Origin: Candidatus Saccharimonas aalborgensis
GTDB taxonomy: Bacteria > Patescibacteriota > Saccharimonadia > Saccharimonadales > Saccharimonadaceae
Length of the DNA stretch: 32,000 nucleotides
Direction: 5' to 3'
Assembly (NCBI RefSeq): GCF_000392435.1
Contig: NC_021219.1
Location: 150,001-182,000 of the forward strand
The notes beneath the pieces are model-generated. The model was not told where the DNA came from. It did not search any database and worked only from the letters and a program-made list of their open reading frames with translations. Positions 9,150 through 19,196 of the stretch are shown piece after piece. The position numbers and the translations under genes are program-made. Within the stretch, counting starts at the first letter, position 1. Each line of letters begins with the position of its first letter.

Positions 9150-9434
9150 ATGATAGGCGATATAAAGAAGCGAGCGTTACACCGAGCCAAGATACTTGAG
9201 GGGCAAATGCGAGGCGTTCAAAAGATGATTGAGAATGAAGACTACTGTATGGACATACTCACACAGAGCCTAGCCATTCAAAAGTCTATCGGTTCGCTCA
9301 ATAAGCTGATACTTGAAAATCACGTACGAACGCACATCAAAGAAAACCTAAGTTCCAATTCGGAAGATGAGCAAGAAAAAGCCATCGCTGAACTTCTATC
9401 ACTTTACGATCTGACGAATATCAGGGGTAAATAA
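9150..9434 (+). CDS. Metal-sensing repressor, CsoR/RcnR family
   Basis: KKRALHRAKILEGQMRGVQKMIENEDYCMDILTQSLAIQKSIGSLNKLILENHVRTHI. Four-helix CsoR pattern with the Cys and His ligand positions. Confidence 0.9.
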   Translation: MIGDIKKRALHRAKILEGQMRGVQKMIENEDYCMDILTQSLAIQKSIGSLNKLILENHVRTHIKENLSSNSEDEQEKAIAELLSLYDLTNIRGK

Positions 9435-9436
9435 AC

Positions 9437-9799
9437 GTGAAGTACCTAACAGCTATAAAAAACATTCTAGTTTTGTTAGCTGTATTGGTGCTCAACTCGG
9501 TTAGCCACGCATCTGCTATGTCGGCAATGCCCTCGCACGAGATGAGCGGTATGAACCACGGCTCAAGCGACGCAACTTCCTGTGCTACCCTTTGCCGCAC
9601 GGCAGTTATCAACAAGGAAGATAATGTCATCAACGATGACGAAAGCGAAGATGATACCGAACCAGCGATAGCTTTCTACGGACAGAGCCAAACACTATCA
9701 ACAGATGAAAAATCGCTTTCTCAACACCTTTATGCCGCAGAGATAAAGCCGCCGCCAAAGATACCGATTTATATTCTGTACGGTGTCTACCGAGTGTAG
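9437..9799 (+). CDS. Exported Met/His-rich small protein of the copper operon
   Basis: Signal-peptide-like N-terminus followed by MSAMPSHEMSGMNHGSSDATSCATLC; immediately downstream of csoR. Confidence 0.6.
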   Translation: MKYLTAIKNILVLLAVLVLNSVSHASAMSAMPSHEMSGMNHGSSDATSCATLCRTAVINKEDNVINDDESEDDTEPAIAFYGQSQTLSTDEKSLSQHLYAAEIKPPPKIPIYILYGVYRV

Positions 9800-9846
9800 G
9801 ATGCGATTGTTTACACAAATAGCATCAACTTAACTTTGGAGAAACT

Positions 9847-10548
9847 ATGAAAAATAACAGGAACAGTATAATCATCGTGGCGATAGTCGCAGTTGTAGCT
9901 ATCGCAGGTGTTAGTATTTACGCCATTAGCCGCAATGACAATATGATGGACGGCGATATGATGGGCAACTCAAACTCGCAATCGGCGGTTCAAGCTGATA
10001 CTAGCTCGGCAGACTATAAGCAGTACGCCGCACTCAAGGGCGAAGACTATGACAAGATGTTCCTTGCCAATATGATAGCCCATCATCAGGGTGCGGTTGA
10101 TATGGCAAACCTTGCTCTAACCAATGCCAGCCATCAAGAAGTGAAAGACTTAGCTAAAGCCATTGTGTCCGCTCAAACGACTGAGATTACCGATATGACT
10201 GCTTGGCAAAAGACGTGGGGCTATCCTGCAAGCAGTGGCGAAATGATGGAAGACCATAGCTCAATGGGTATGATGAACACAAACGCTGGAATGATGAACG
10301 AATTGAACGGCAAAACGGGCGAAGCGTTTGATAAGGCGTTCCTTGAGCAGATGATTATGCACCATCAGTCGGCTATAAATATGGCAGCAACAGGTAAAAC
10401 AAATGCTCAACACCAAGAAGTAAAAGACTTAACAGTTGCTATCGTTACAGCTCAGACCAAAGAAATAAAGCAAATGAAGCAGTGGCAAAAAGACTGGGGC
10501 TATTCTACTTCCAATACTACCAACTCAATGTCGGGAATGAGCCACTAA
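9847..10548 (+). CDS. DUF305-like periplasmic/exported metal-binding protein, two repeats
   Basis: N-terminal TM; FLANMIAHHQGAVDMANLAL and FLEQMIMHHQSAINMAATGK repeats; WQKTWGY/WQKDWGY. Confidence 0.87.
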   Translation: MKNNRNSIIIVAIVAVVAIAGVSIYAISRNDNMMDGDMMGNSNSQSAVQADTSSADYKQYAALKGEDYDKMFLANMIAHHQGAVDMANLALTNASHQEVKDLAKAIVSAQTTEITDMTAWQKTWGYPASSGEMMEDHSSMGMMNTNAGMMNELNGKTGEAFDKAFLEQMIMHHQSAINMAATGKTNAQHQEVKDLTVAIVTAQTKEIKQMKQWQKDWGYSTSNTTNSMSGMSH

Positions 10549-10549
10549 A

Positions 10550-12556
10550 ATGGAACACTCGCACCACGAACATTCTGAGCATCAAGACCACGACAAGCAC
10601 GCAGGACATTCAGTAGCAATGTTCAAGGACAAGTTCTGGCTGTCCTTGCTGCTAACGCTACCTGTACTTGCGTATTCCGAGATGATACAGCATTGGTTTA
10701 GCTTTACGCCGCCAACCTTTCCTGGCTCACAGTACGTGCCATTCGTATTCAGCACCATCATCTTTTTCTACGGCGGTCTAGTGTTTATAAAGAGTGCGTG
10801 GGGCGAGCTAAAAGCCAAATTGCCAGGTATGATGACGCTCATCAGCCTGGCAATTATCACGGCTTACGTGTATAGCGTAGCTACCCAATTCTTTATAAAG
10901 GGTGATGGTTTCTTTTGGGAACTAGCAACCTTAGTAACAATTATGCTGCTCGGTCATTGGCTAGAAATGGCATCGGTTGCCAAAGCTGAAAATGCCCTAG
11001 ATGCTATATCTAAACTGTTACCTGACAAAGCTGAGAAGCTAGTCAACGGTAAGCCAAAACAAGTATTGGTAAGTGAACTAAAAGTTGGCGACCTGGTATT
11101 GATACGTCCAGGTTCAAGCATCCCTGTTGACGGTGTGATTGTAGATGGTAGCTCGGCAGTTGATGAAGCGGCTATCACTGGCGAAAGTAAGCCAGTCAGT
11201 AAAACAACCAACGATGAAGTTATTGCTGGCACAGGCAATCAAGATGGTTCACTTACGGTAAAGGTTACGAAAATCGGTCAAGACACGGCACTTGCTGGAA
11301 TTATGCGACTTGTAGCCGAAGCACAAAGTTCAAAATCTAATGTACAGATACTTGCAGATAAAGCAGCCTTTTATCTGACCATCATTGCAATCGCTACTTC
11401 AATCGCTACGTTTATATTCTGGCTGATAGCTAAAGATGCTAGTTTCGCTTTAGAGCGGTCAGTTACGGTTCTGATTATAGCTTGCCCACACGCACTCGGT
11501 CTGGCAATACCACTTGTTGTGTCTATCTCTACTGCATTATCAGCGAAGAACGGTCTACTTGTCCGAAAACGTCTTGCTCTTGAAGCTGCTCGTAAGTTGG
11601 ACTGGGTACTCTTTGATAAGACTGGCACATTGACTAAAGGCGAACACGGCGTTACGGATGTGTGGGCTACAAAAGGTTATACAGAAGAAGATGTACTGCA
11701 CCTGACGGCTAGCCTTGAGCAGAACAGCGAGCATATTGTCGGTAAGGGTATTGTCAAAAAAGCCGAAGAACAACACGTCCATCTTGATAAAGTAGCCAAC
11801 TTCAAAGCGTTACCTGGCTTAGGCGTACAAGGTACTCTACACGGAAGCGAAGTGTATATCGCAGCAAGCTATCGCTACATAGAAGATAACAAGCTAATTG
11901 TTCCAACTGAAATAGCTAAGATGGTTAAGCAAGCAGCCAAAGAGGGAAAAACTGAGGTGTATCTAATTACCAATAAAAAGGTTGTTGGAGCATTGGGCTT
12001 AGCAGATATAGTGCGTGAACAATCTAAACAGACTATCGCAACACTCAAATCAATGGGTATAAAGACGGCAATGATAACAGGCGACTCAGATGAAGTTGCA
12101 GCTTATGTGTCAAAACAGCTTGGCTTAGACCAGTATTTTGCAGAGGTAAAACCAGAAGATAAGGCTGCTAAAGTCAAAGAGTTACAGAAAAACGGGCAGA
12201 AAGTTGCAATGGTCGGCGATGGTATCAATGACGCACCTGCACTTACTCAGGCAGATATTGGTATAGCTATTGGTGCTGGTACGGATGTAGCAATCAAGTC
12301 AGCAGATATTATACTGGTAAAAAGCGACCCTCAAGACGTGGTAAAGGTAATCAACCTATCAAAGGCTACCTATCGCAAGATGCTACAAAACCTCGGTTGG
12401 GCTACGGGTTATAACGTATTCGCAATTCCACTGGCAGCTGGCGTACTATATGGAGCAGGTATCGTTCTTGCTCCTGCTCTGGGAGCTGTACTTATGTCTG
12501 TTTCAACTGTTGTAGTAGCATTCAACGCTCAATTACTCAGACGTGCAAAACTGTAA
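10550..12556 (+). CDS. copB: Copper-translocating P1B-type ATPase, CopB-like (CPH motif)
   Basis: His-rich N-terminus, TGES, IIACPHALGLAIPLV, DKTGTLTKGEHG, MVGDGINDAPALTQADIGIAIGAGTDVAIKSADIIL. Confidence 0.95.
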   Translation: MEHSHHEHSEHQDHDKHAGHSVAMFKDKFWLSLLLTLPVLAYSEMIQHWFSFTPPTFPGSQYVPFVFSTIIFFYGGLVFIKSAWGELKAKLPGMMTLISLAIITAYVYSVATQFFIKGDGFFWELATLVTIMLLGHWLEMASVAKAENALDAISKLLPDKAEKLVNGKPKQVLVSELKVGDLVLIRPGSSIPVDGVIVDGSSAVDEAAITGESKPVSKTTNDEVIAGTGNQDGSLTVKVTKIGQDTALAGIMRLVAEAQSSKSNVQILADKAAFYLTIIAIATSIATFIFWLIAKDASFALERSVTVLIIACPHALGLAIPLVVSISTALSAKNGLLVRKRLALEAARKLDWVLFDKTGTLTKGEHGVTDVWATKGYTEEDVLHLTASLEQNSEHIVGKGIVKKAEEQHVHLDKVANFKALPGLGVQGTLHGSEVYIAASYRYIEDNKLIVPTEIAKMVKQAAKEGKTEVYLITNKKVVGALGLADIVREQSKQTIATLKSMGIKTAMITGDSDEVAAYVSKQLGLDQYFAEVKPEDKAAKVKELQKNGQKVAMVGDGINDAPALTQADIGIAIGAGTDVAIKSADIILVKSDPQDVVKVINLSKATYRKMLQNLGWATGYNVFAIPLAAGVLYGAGIVLAPALGAVLMSVSTVVVAFNAQLLRRAKL

Positions 12557-12686
12557 GCGTAGATAGTTTGATAGCTAGCTGGCAAACTGCTAACCAGTTA
12601 TCAAACTACCTGACAGCTGGAATTGTTCAACGAGGTGTTTTAGCTTATAATCCTCTTGTGCATCAATAGCAGCTGTTTGAAATACG

Positions 12687-14255
12687 TCAACTATGCTGCA
12701 CCAAAGAAGACTTTTCAGTTACTGGAAGGTCTTTTTTATTTGACTGACCCCTGAAAATGGAGCTTATATTATGGGTGTAAACATTTTTGTTTTCGTCAAC
12801 GTATATTTTGCCTGTAAATAACAATTGTTTACACCGTTTCATATCCTCCCCTGATAACTCGAAGAAACGCCCACCCTTGTTACTAAGAAAGTTAAAGCTA
12901 AAGTCTAAGAACTCAGCTAGGTCTGTTTCGTGTTGTTCACTAAGCACAGCTATCTTATCTTCGTTCTCCGCAAACTCAGCTTTAAGCTTTTCTATTGAAG
13001 CCATTATTTCATCGCTAATCGAAACGAAAGAAGGGTTAGTAACTGCATCTGCTTTTTGAGCTATGCTTTGTTTTATATTGGCGTTAACAGCCTCAAGCCG
13101 TTGTATCTCGCTCTTAGCTTCGTGGTGCTTCGCGTTAAAGGTAGTGACTAGCTTAATCTTTAATTTTCTCATCTCAGCATTTGGCAGTATTACTGCATCT
13201 AGTAAATTGGAGAAGCTAGCGTGAGTTTCGTCTCGGTCTAAGAACCTGTTGCACTCTCTGCACTTATATTTGGCGTAGTAGCTAACTTTCTTTCTAGGCT
13301 TACCGTGGTTAGTCTTGCCGTTATTTAATGGTACGCTCGTGAAGCGTGGATATTTACGTTTTGCCGCTTCGCAAGATATACAGGTAAGTTCATTGCTCAA
13401 TGGGTATTTAGTATTTTTGTCTGGTCTATGACCTTGCTGTTTCTTAACGTTACGCTCAAAGACCCTAAGTATCTTTTCGTGCTCAGTACGGGTTATTAGT
13501 GGCTCGTGTAGACCGTGTTCATTACGTTCGTTAAACTTGCCCTTAAGGTCGATAATTCCTGCGTAATATGGCTCGCAAGCGATTATCCTAAACTTGTCCA
13601 TTTTAAGCTTTGCATAGCGTTTACCGAACTCAGTTTCTTGTAGTTCTTTTAAAGCGTCGGTTGGCGTTTTTAGATTTGAGGCAATCTGCCTTAAAGCTCT
13701 CTTGAGCGGTTCACCAGTAATTGGGTCTACGATATGAACACCAGCCATTGTACCTTTTTTGTAGCCTGCTTTTGGACCAGATGGCAAACGACCCTCTCTT
13801 ATTGCTTTTTTACCACCAGACACTGACTTACTTATGCGTTCTTCGTTACTACCCTCAGCTTGCAAGAACTTTGTGAATTTGAGTAATTTCGATGGTAAAT
13901 CATCCTTATTTAGCTCAGGGTTTGAAGCATACCAAACTCTCGTACCAGTTTCATAGAAAAGTTTAACTTCCCAAAAACCGCTTTCGTCAATTGACCGCAT
14001 AAACCTATCAGGCTCGTCTACGATAAGATACTTTACTCGCTTATTTTTCTTGGCAAAGTCGTATATCTCCAGCAGGTCTTTACGTTGTACGTTACTCCCA
14101 CGTTTACTAGATACGCTACCTGACCACCATTTAATAATTTCTACACCTAATTCTTTAGAGGCGTTAAATACAGCTTCGTGCTGACGATTTAGGCTATTGT
14201 TGTCAAGCTGCTCAGTCGACGATACACGACAAAGTGCTATAGCAAGGTCGCTCAT
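12687..14255 (-). CDS. Large serine recombinase (second, different from the 546..2207 copy)
   Basis: CRVSSTEQLDNNSLNRQHE, VDEPDRFMRS, GPKAGYKKGT, ACEPYYAGIIDLKGKFNERNEHG, Cys-rich insertion, C-terminal coiled coil. Confidence 0.93.
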   Translation of the reverse strand: MSDLAIALCRVSSTEQLDNNSLNRQHEAVFNASKELGVEIIKWWSGSVSSKRGSNVQRKDLLEIYDFAKKNKRVKYLIVDEPDRFMRSIDESGFWEVKLFYETGTRVWYASNPELNKDDLPSKLLKFTKFLQAEGSNEERISKSVSGGKKAIREGRLPSGPKAGYKKGTMAGVHIVDPITGEPLKRALRQIASNLKTPTDALKELQETEFGKRYAKLKMDKFRIIACEPYYAGIIDLKGKFNERNEHGLHEPLITRTEHEKILRVFERNVKKQQGHRPDKNTKYPLSNELTCISCEAAKRKYPRFTSVPLNNGKTNHGKPRKKVSYYAKYKCRECNRFLDRDETHASFSNLLDAVILPNAEMRKLKIKLVTTFNAKHHEAKSEIQRLEAVNANIKQSIAQKADAVTNPSFVSISDEIMASIEKLKAEFAENEDKIAVLSEQHETDLAEFLDFSFNFLSNKGGRFFELSGEDMKRCKQLLFTGKIYVDENKNVYTHNISSIFRGQSNKKDLPVTEKSSLVQHS

Positions 14256-14273
14256 CTTAACGCCTCAATAACA

Positions 14274-14326
14274 GTAGTTGGCGTCTCTCGGACAAGCTTG
14301 CGGAAAGCCAAAGAGACGCCAACTAC
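14274..14326. repeat. Perfect 15-bp inverted repeat just upstream of the second recombinase
   Basis: GTAGTTGGCGTCTCT (14274-14288), 23-nt loop, AGAGACGCCAACTAC (14312-14326). Confidence 0.9.
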
Positions 14327-14339
14327 CAATATCAAAATG

Positions 14340-14516
14340 TCATTTAGTGTCTTCCTCATTTTCCGCAATTTGTCCTTTATCTAACTCTATTTTAGCACCG
14401 ATATTATCCCTTGAATGTTGGTAGGCGTCATAAAGAAAACTAGCTAGCTCATCAAGTAGCTCATCGCTACCTACCACTGATGGGCTACAACCTGCACTAG
14501 TTTCCTTTGACGCCAT
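14340..14516 (-). CDS. Small acidic hypothetical protein (58 aa)
   Basis: MASKETSAGCSPSVVGSDELLDELASFLYDAYQHSRDNIGAKIELDKGQIAENEEDTK; same strand as recombinase 2, not in the supplied track. Confidence 0.35.
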   Translation of the reverse strand: MASKETSAGCSPSVVGSDELLDELASFLYDAYQHSRDNIGAKIELDKGQIAENEEDTK

Positions 14517-14565
14517 ACCCTAAAGGTAGAATATGGTTATATTTTTGTCGTAAATCCCGTAGTGT

Positions 14566-15069
14566 TTATTTGCGTTTTTTAGCTTTTAACAGAGTGTTGT
14601 GCTGGTCGCGGCATTTGACCAAATATTCTTGTATTTCATCGTCTCTAACTCCAAAATCTACAGCTCGACTACGCCTAATGACCGTATGGGCGACTAGGGT
14701 GGTCTCATTGTCTCCTGCATCAAAAATAGCGTTGCTTAGTTTTTCGGGTAGCCCCGTATTGCTTATTAGCATACTCGTTCTAGCTGGTTTGGCTACTTTA
14801 ATAGTCTTTACCCAGCCCTTTTGTTTAAATAGCTTCTCAAAGTAAATATCGTTAGGTTTGCCTAGCTGGAACTGTTTTACTACAAAACCGTTTAGTTTTA
14901 GTTGGCGTTTGTTCGGGTTATAGCTAAGCCAGTATGCCGTGTCGTTAGGTCTGCGTTGAGGTGGTATGACACCATAGCTCAGTAAATGTTTAAACTTATC
15001 TGGTGGGTTTAATTCCAATTCCAGTTTTAAATCATCATCCTCTGAGTTCTTTTTTTGCAAGCTTGCCAT
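14566..15069 (-). CDS. Hypothetical protein (167 aa)
   Basis: Coding-like ORF, same strand as recombinase 2; no family recognised. Confidence 0.6.
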   Translation of the reverse strand: MASLQKKNSEDDDLKLELELNPPDKFKHLLSYGVIPPQRRPNDTAYWLSYNPNKRQLKLNGFVVKQFQLGKPNDIYFEKLFKQKGWVKTIKVAKPARTSMLISNTGLPEKLSNAIFDAGDNETTLVAHTVIRRSRAVDFGVRDDEIQEYLVKCRDQHNTLLKAKKRK

Positions 15070-15173
15070 AAAGTAATTATAGCTCGAAACTCGACAAGAT
15101 ACCCCAGTCTTACATCGCTAACTTGGCTGAACTGTTGTATAATTTGGTTAGAAATCGAACATTTTTTCAACTT

Positions 15174-18100
15174 ATGACAAAAATACCTGTAACCATCAGT
15201 CAACTAGCAAAATACGGACTTGATTATGTAAGCCTTATATCGAGCAGTGCCTCGAGAAGTAGACCGATAAAAACAGAACCTATGGACGCCAGCCTAGTGT
15301 CCATCCCCGACTTAATTTTCAAAAGCGAAGTCGATACGATAACTATTAACCTCGTTACTTCGTTAGATAGTCAATATGACCCGAACCTGCCAAGTGAAGA
15401 TAAGACAGATGAACAGCTACAAGCTGAGCATCGCGTTATCCGTGACAGGGCCATCTTTGATAAAATCCAAGAAATAGACACAAAGATAAAGACTGACGAA
15501 TACACGAAGCGGGTCGTACTGCAGACGGGCTTTATATCCTTTGAAGGTAAGCGATACAAAGAAACAGAGTTCGGTGAAGAGTATGAGAACTACGAAGCTC
15601 CGTTATTGCAAATTCCAATTGCTGCCATCAACTTCAAATATACGAGTGACGGGGCTAATGTAGTCATTGAACTTCCTGACAGCTATGTAGAAGTATTGAG
15701 TGGTCCACTAAAAAACTATTTACCGCAACAATACTACGATAACGTCTTTAAGTTTGTTGCCGATGCGGAGGCCGAAGGAAAAACTAGCCTACCAATCGGT
15801 AGTGATTTTATTGAAGATTTGTGGTCCGCAATTAGAGTACAGCTTGATAGAGTGGATGCTAGGTCTATTTCTGAAGCACCGAGCTTCGATACAAGTATAG
15901 TTGCGATTACAAATAAGACTAACCACTTCTTAGCAGAAGACCTTAAGGCGATTGCTGCTTTAGAAGATGAAGACCTGATTGAGACTTCCTTGGGAAGCTG
16001 GGTGTCTGACGAAGATATGGCGATAGAACAGGCTGTGTCCGATGATGGCAGTACAGAGATATTCTTTCCATTTGATTATGACAAATACCAACTAAAAGTT
16101 TTGGGCATTACAGCAAATAAGGCAGTCATAGTCGAAGGCCCTCCTGGTACTGGTAAATCTCAAACCATTTCAAACCTACTAGTTCATCTAGCAGCTACGG
16201 GTAAAAGAGTATTATTCGCTAGCCAAAAGGACCAGGCGATACGTGGCGTAAAGGACAAGCTAAAAACTCTTGATGTACCATTTCTTTACGGCTATATACC
16301 TGATAAAACATCTAAGTTGTATACAGCAGATGATGAAAAAGACAGTGCTGCGAATACTCTCATAGCTTTAAACAGAGAATTCCAGAAAGGTAAGGTCGGT
16401 GACTTAAAAGAGCCTCTTGAGTTACTGTCTGACCGTTCAAAGATTTTTGTAGAGAATATGAACATTGAACGTTCGCTCTACTCATTATATGAAGAGCGTC
16501 GAAGCCTTAGCTACCTAGACCCTTATTATAATTACGGAATAGACCTAGAATTCTATGAACAATGTTTAGATTTTGAAAATAGTATAGCTAACCTCGAGGC
16601 TACGATTAAACAATTCGAGAACGTACATAGCAAGTTTATAAAAACTGCTGACACCAAATTCAAAGACCTTGAAATAGACTATCAAGAAACAATATCTTCG
16701 ATTGAGAACATAAACAACTATTTTAAAACCCATATGCCAGAAAGGTCTGGTTTCTTTGCAAGTAAAGTTAATGACCTCAAGCTTCGTAGTGCATTAAAAG
16801 AACACTGCAAAAACATCCTTCAAGAAATATACCTAGAATTTGAAAAGGTGTTGTTTTCAGATAATACAAAGTCAGCAAAACTGAAATTATTAGATGGCCT
16901 AAAAGCATATTTTGTATATTCAAGCGACAACCAGGTATTGGCGTATAACCGTGCGGAACTCGACGGATTACTTCAAAGTAAAGATATGCCTCATACCGCC
17001 CTTGCAAGCCTAAAGAAGCTGGTAAGTGAACACGGTGGATATAAGAAGGTATTTGAAGACCTCGAAAGGTACAACGAGATTTCTGCCCAAATAGACGAAG
17101 CGTCATTATACTCAGCAAATGAGCTAAACCGAGAAATCAAAGATATACGAAAGTTCTACAGAAAAAACATTACGAACTATGTTCGCAATCGAATACTAAC
17201 AAGGGTTGGTGAGGCCAATAACAGCAAAGAGCTGAGAGCGACATTGGCACAAGTTGCTAGAAGTCTTTCAAAGAGTAAGAAAGCAAATAAAACGTTCGAC
17301 AGGCTCAAGCATAACGAAGATAACTTTAGTGCTATGTCAAAAGTTCTACCTATCTGGATGATGAGTTTAGACGACGTGAGCCGTATTGTTCCTTTGGAAA
17401 TGAACGCGTTCGATTACGTGATTATTGACGAAGCATCCCAGTGTAATTTTGCTTATGCGTTCCCAGCTATGTACCGTGCAGAGCATACTATTTTCTTCGG
17501 CGATACTTTACAAATGCGTGACGACAATATTATGTTCAAGTCTAATGACCAACTTAATGCCATAGCAAAGAAGCATAAAATTCCTGATGTTTATCAGATT
17601 AAAGCGGAAGAAGACACCGTTAAATCAGTAATGGACATCGCCAATCTAAATGGTTTTAAGACGACTACTTTAAAGTATCACTATCGTTCCCCTAAAGAGC
17701 TTATAGGCTTCTCAAATGAGGCCTATTACGAGCCTATTGGCCGTAAGCTTGAAGCAGTTAATGATAACATTGTGCCTTATAAAGACACTGGTCGTGTATT
17801 GCTTAATCATTTGGTAACTCCAAATGATAATGAAGAGATTGGCAGTAGGACCAACTTTGCGGAGATACACAAAATTCAACAGTTGGTAGAAGAAATAAAA
17901 ATCGACCCAATTTTGAAAGACAAGTCTATAGCCATATTGACCTTCTTTAACGAGCAAGCCGAAGAAATACGTAAAGCTATTACGGATGAAGACATCAAAG
18001 TTTCGATTATTGACGGTATCCAGGGAGATGAACGCGACATCGTAATTTACTCATTTGTTATTAAAGACCCAAGCGACAAGCGACGCTATATCGCGTTGAC

Positions 18101-19046
18101 TGGTGAAGGTGGTGAGATACGTAAAGATATAGCTGCTGGTCGTGTGAATGTTGCATTTAGCCGTGCCCGACTTCAGGTCCATTGTGTGACTTCTCTTGCC
18201 ACAGAGCTTTGGCCTGAGGGTATTTGGATTAAGAAGTACCTAGAGTATGTTGATAAGAACGGAGCAATATCTAGAAGGCATAGTAAATCCGAGCAGCGTT
18301 TCGATTCGCACTTCGAGGAGCAGGTTTTTAGCTACCTATCAAAGCAGCTTGATGCAAATGAGTTTACGCTCGAAACACAAGCAGGTTCACTCGGGTTTAA
18401 AATTGACCTAGTCGTTCACCATAATGGTAGGAAACTTGCTATTGAGTGTGATGGTCCGACCCACTTTGAGGGAGGAGACGGTCAAGTTTACGTACAGAAC
18501 GACTGGGAGCGTCAAGGGGCATTAGAAGTAGCAGGATGGACCTTCTATCGTATTTCTTACTTCGATTGGGTCGACGACCAAGCAGAGGAAGAGAAAGCCC
18601 TACTACTACATATAGGTGAGTATTTTAATGATGAGCATAATTCAGGTAAGACAAGTGTTGTTAAAGAGCTAGAGAAAGAAACGGTTGCACCTGAGGATGC
18701 CCCGAAAGATACGTATGTAACAGATTTTTCTGACGAACGCGTCGATAATGAAAGTCCCGTTAACGCAACGCCTGCACCACGTGCAACAAAGACTAAGGCT
18801 AAGACTTCGACAAAGAAAGAATTTAGTGTCGGTGACCGTGGTGTTGACCAAGATGTTTTTGAAAGTTATCTACAAGCAAGAGTTAGAGGAACAATAAACA
18901 TAAGATACCAAAGCACTCGCCCTGGCAGCGGGAACTATTGGCGTAATGTAAGCCTAATCAAATACGATGGCACATATCTTTATTCCGAAGGGTCGGGTAC
19001 TTACCCAATCCGATACCGTCGTGACCGCGTCTTAGAATTCAAATAA
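15174..19046 (+). CDS. SF1 (Upf1/Dna2-like) helicase fused to a C-terminal Vsr/DUF559-type nuclease domain and a small WYL-like tail
   Basis: Walker A VEGPPGTGKSQTISNLLVHLA, DEASQCNFAYAFPAMYRA, LKYHYRSPKELIGFSNEAYY, DGIQGDERDIVIYSFV, VNVAFSRARLQVHCVTS; nuclease FKIDLVVHHNGRKLAIECDG...RQGALEVAGWTFYRISYFDW. TATAAT at 15138-15143 argues for the ATG at 15174 rather than 15123. Confidence 0.85.
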   Translation: MTKIPVTISQLAKYGLDYVSLISSSASRSRPIKTEPMDASLVSIPDLIFKSEVDTITINLVTSLDSQYDPNLPSEDKTDEQLQAEHRVIRDRAIFDKIQEIDTKIKTDEYTKRVVLQTGFISFEGKRYKETEFGEEYENYEAPLLQIPIAAINFKYTSDGANVVIELPDSYVEVLSGPLKNYLPQQYYDNVFKFVADAEAEGKTSLPIGSDFIEDLWSAIRVQLDRVDARSISEAPSFDTSIVAITNKTNHFLAEDLKAIAALEDEDLIETSLGSWVSDEDMAIEQAVSDDGSTEIFFPFDYDKYQLKVLGITANKAVIVEGPPGTGKSQTISNLLVHLAATGKRVLFASQKDQAIRGVKDKLKTLDVPFLYGYIPDKTSKLYTADDEKDSAANTLIALNREFQKGKVGDLKEPLELLSDRSKIFVENMNIERSLYSLYEERRSLSYLDPYYNYGIDLEFYEQCLDFENSIANLEATIKQFENVHSKFIKTADTKFKDLEIDYQETISSIENINNYFKTHMPERSGFFASKVNDLKLRSALKEHCKNILQEIYLEFEKVLFSDNTKSAKLKLLDGLKAYFVYSSDNQVLAYNRAELDGLLQSKDMPHTALASLKKLVSEHGGYKKVFEDLERYNEISAQIDEASLYSANELNREIKDIRKFYRKNITNYVRNRILTRVGEANNSKELRATLAQVARSLSKSKKANKTFDRLKHNEDNFSAMSKVLPIWMMSLDDVSRIVPLEMNAFDYVIIDEASQCNFAYAFPAMYRAEHTIFFGDTLQMRDDNIMFKSNDQLNAIAKKHKIPDVYQIKAEEDTVKSVMDIANLNGFKTTTLKYHYRSPKELIGFSNEAYYEPIGRKLEAVNDNIVPYKDTGRVLLNHLVTPNDNEEIGSRTNFAEIHKIQQLVEEIKIDPILKDKSIAILTFFNEQAEEIRKAITDEDIKVSIIDGIQGDERDIVIYSFVIKDPSDKRRYIALTGEGGEIRKDIAAGRVNVAFSRARLQVHCVTSLATELWPEGIWIKKYLEYVDKNGAISRRHSKSEQRFDSHFEEQVFSYLSKQLDANEFTLETQAGSLGFKIDLVVHHNGRKLAIECDGPTHFEGGDGQVYVQNDWERQGALEVAGWTFYRISYFDWVDDQAEEEKALLLHIGEYFNDEHNSGKTSVVKELEKETVAPEDAPKDTYVTDFSDERVDNESPVNATPAPRATKTKAKTSTKKEFSVGDRGVDQDVFESYLQARVRGTINIRYQSTRPGSGNYWRNVSLIKYDGTYLYSEGSGTYPIRYRRDRVLEFK

Positions 19047-19196
19047 AACCATACCTTTAGCCAACAACTTTGCTAACATTAGCGACCCTTGTTTTTGCCG
19101 TACGATTGTTGGGCTAAACTTGAAAACAAAAGAAAATTCACCATCGACAAAAATTTAGCCTACAAGTGCGTTTACGAGCTTAAGTAAATTCTGAGT

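Larger units (their letters stand above)
546..12556. mobile_element. Integrated element with serine recombinase, II/X-type rep and metal-resistance cargo (ends approximate)
   Basis: Recombinase abuts tRNA-Gly; rep, SpoVG-like and HTH genes plus metal-resistance cargo follow. The right attachment site was not identified. Confidence 0.45.
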
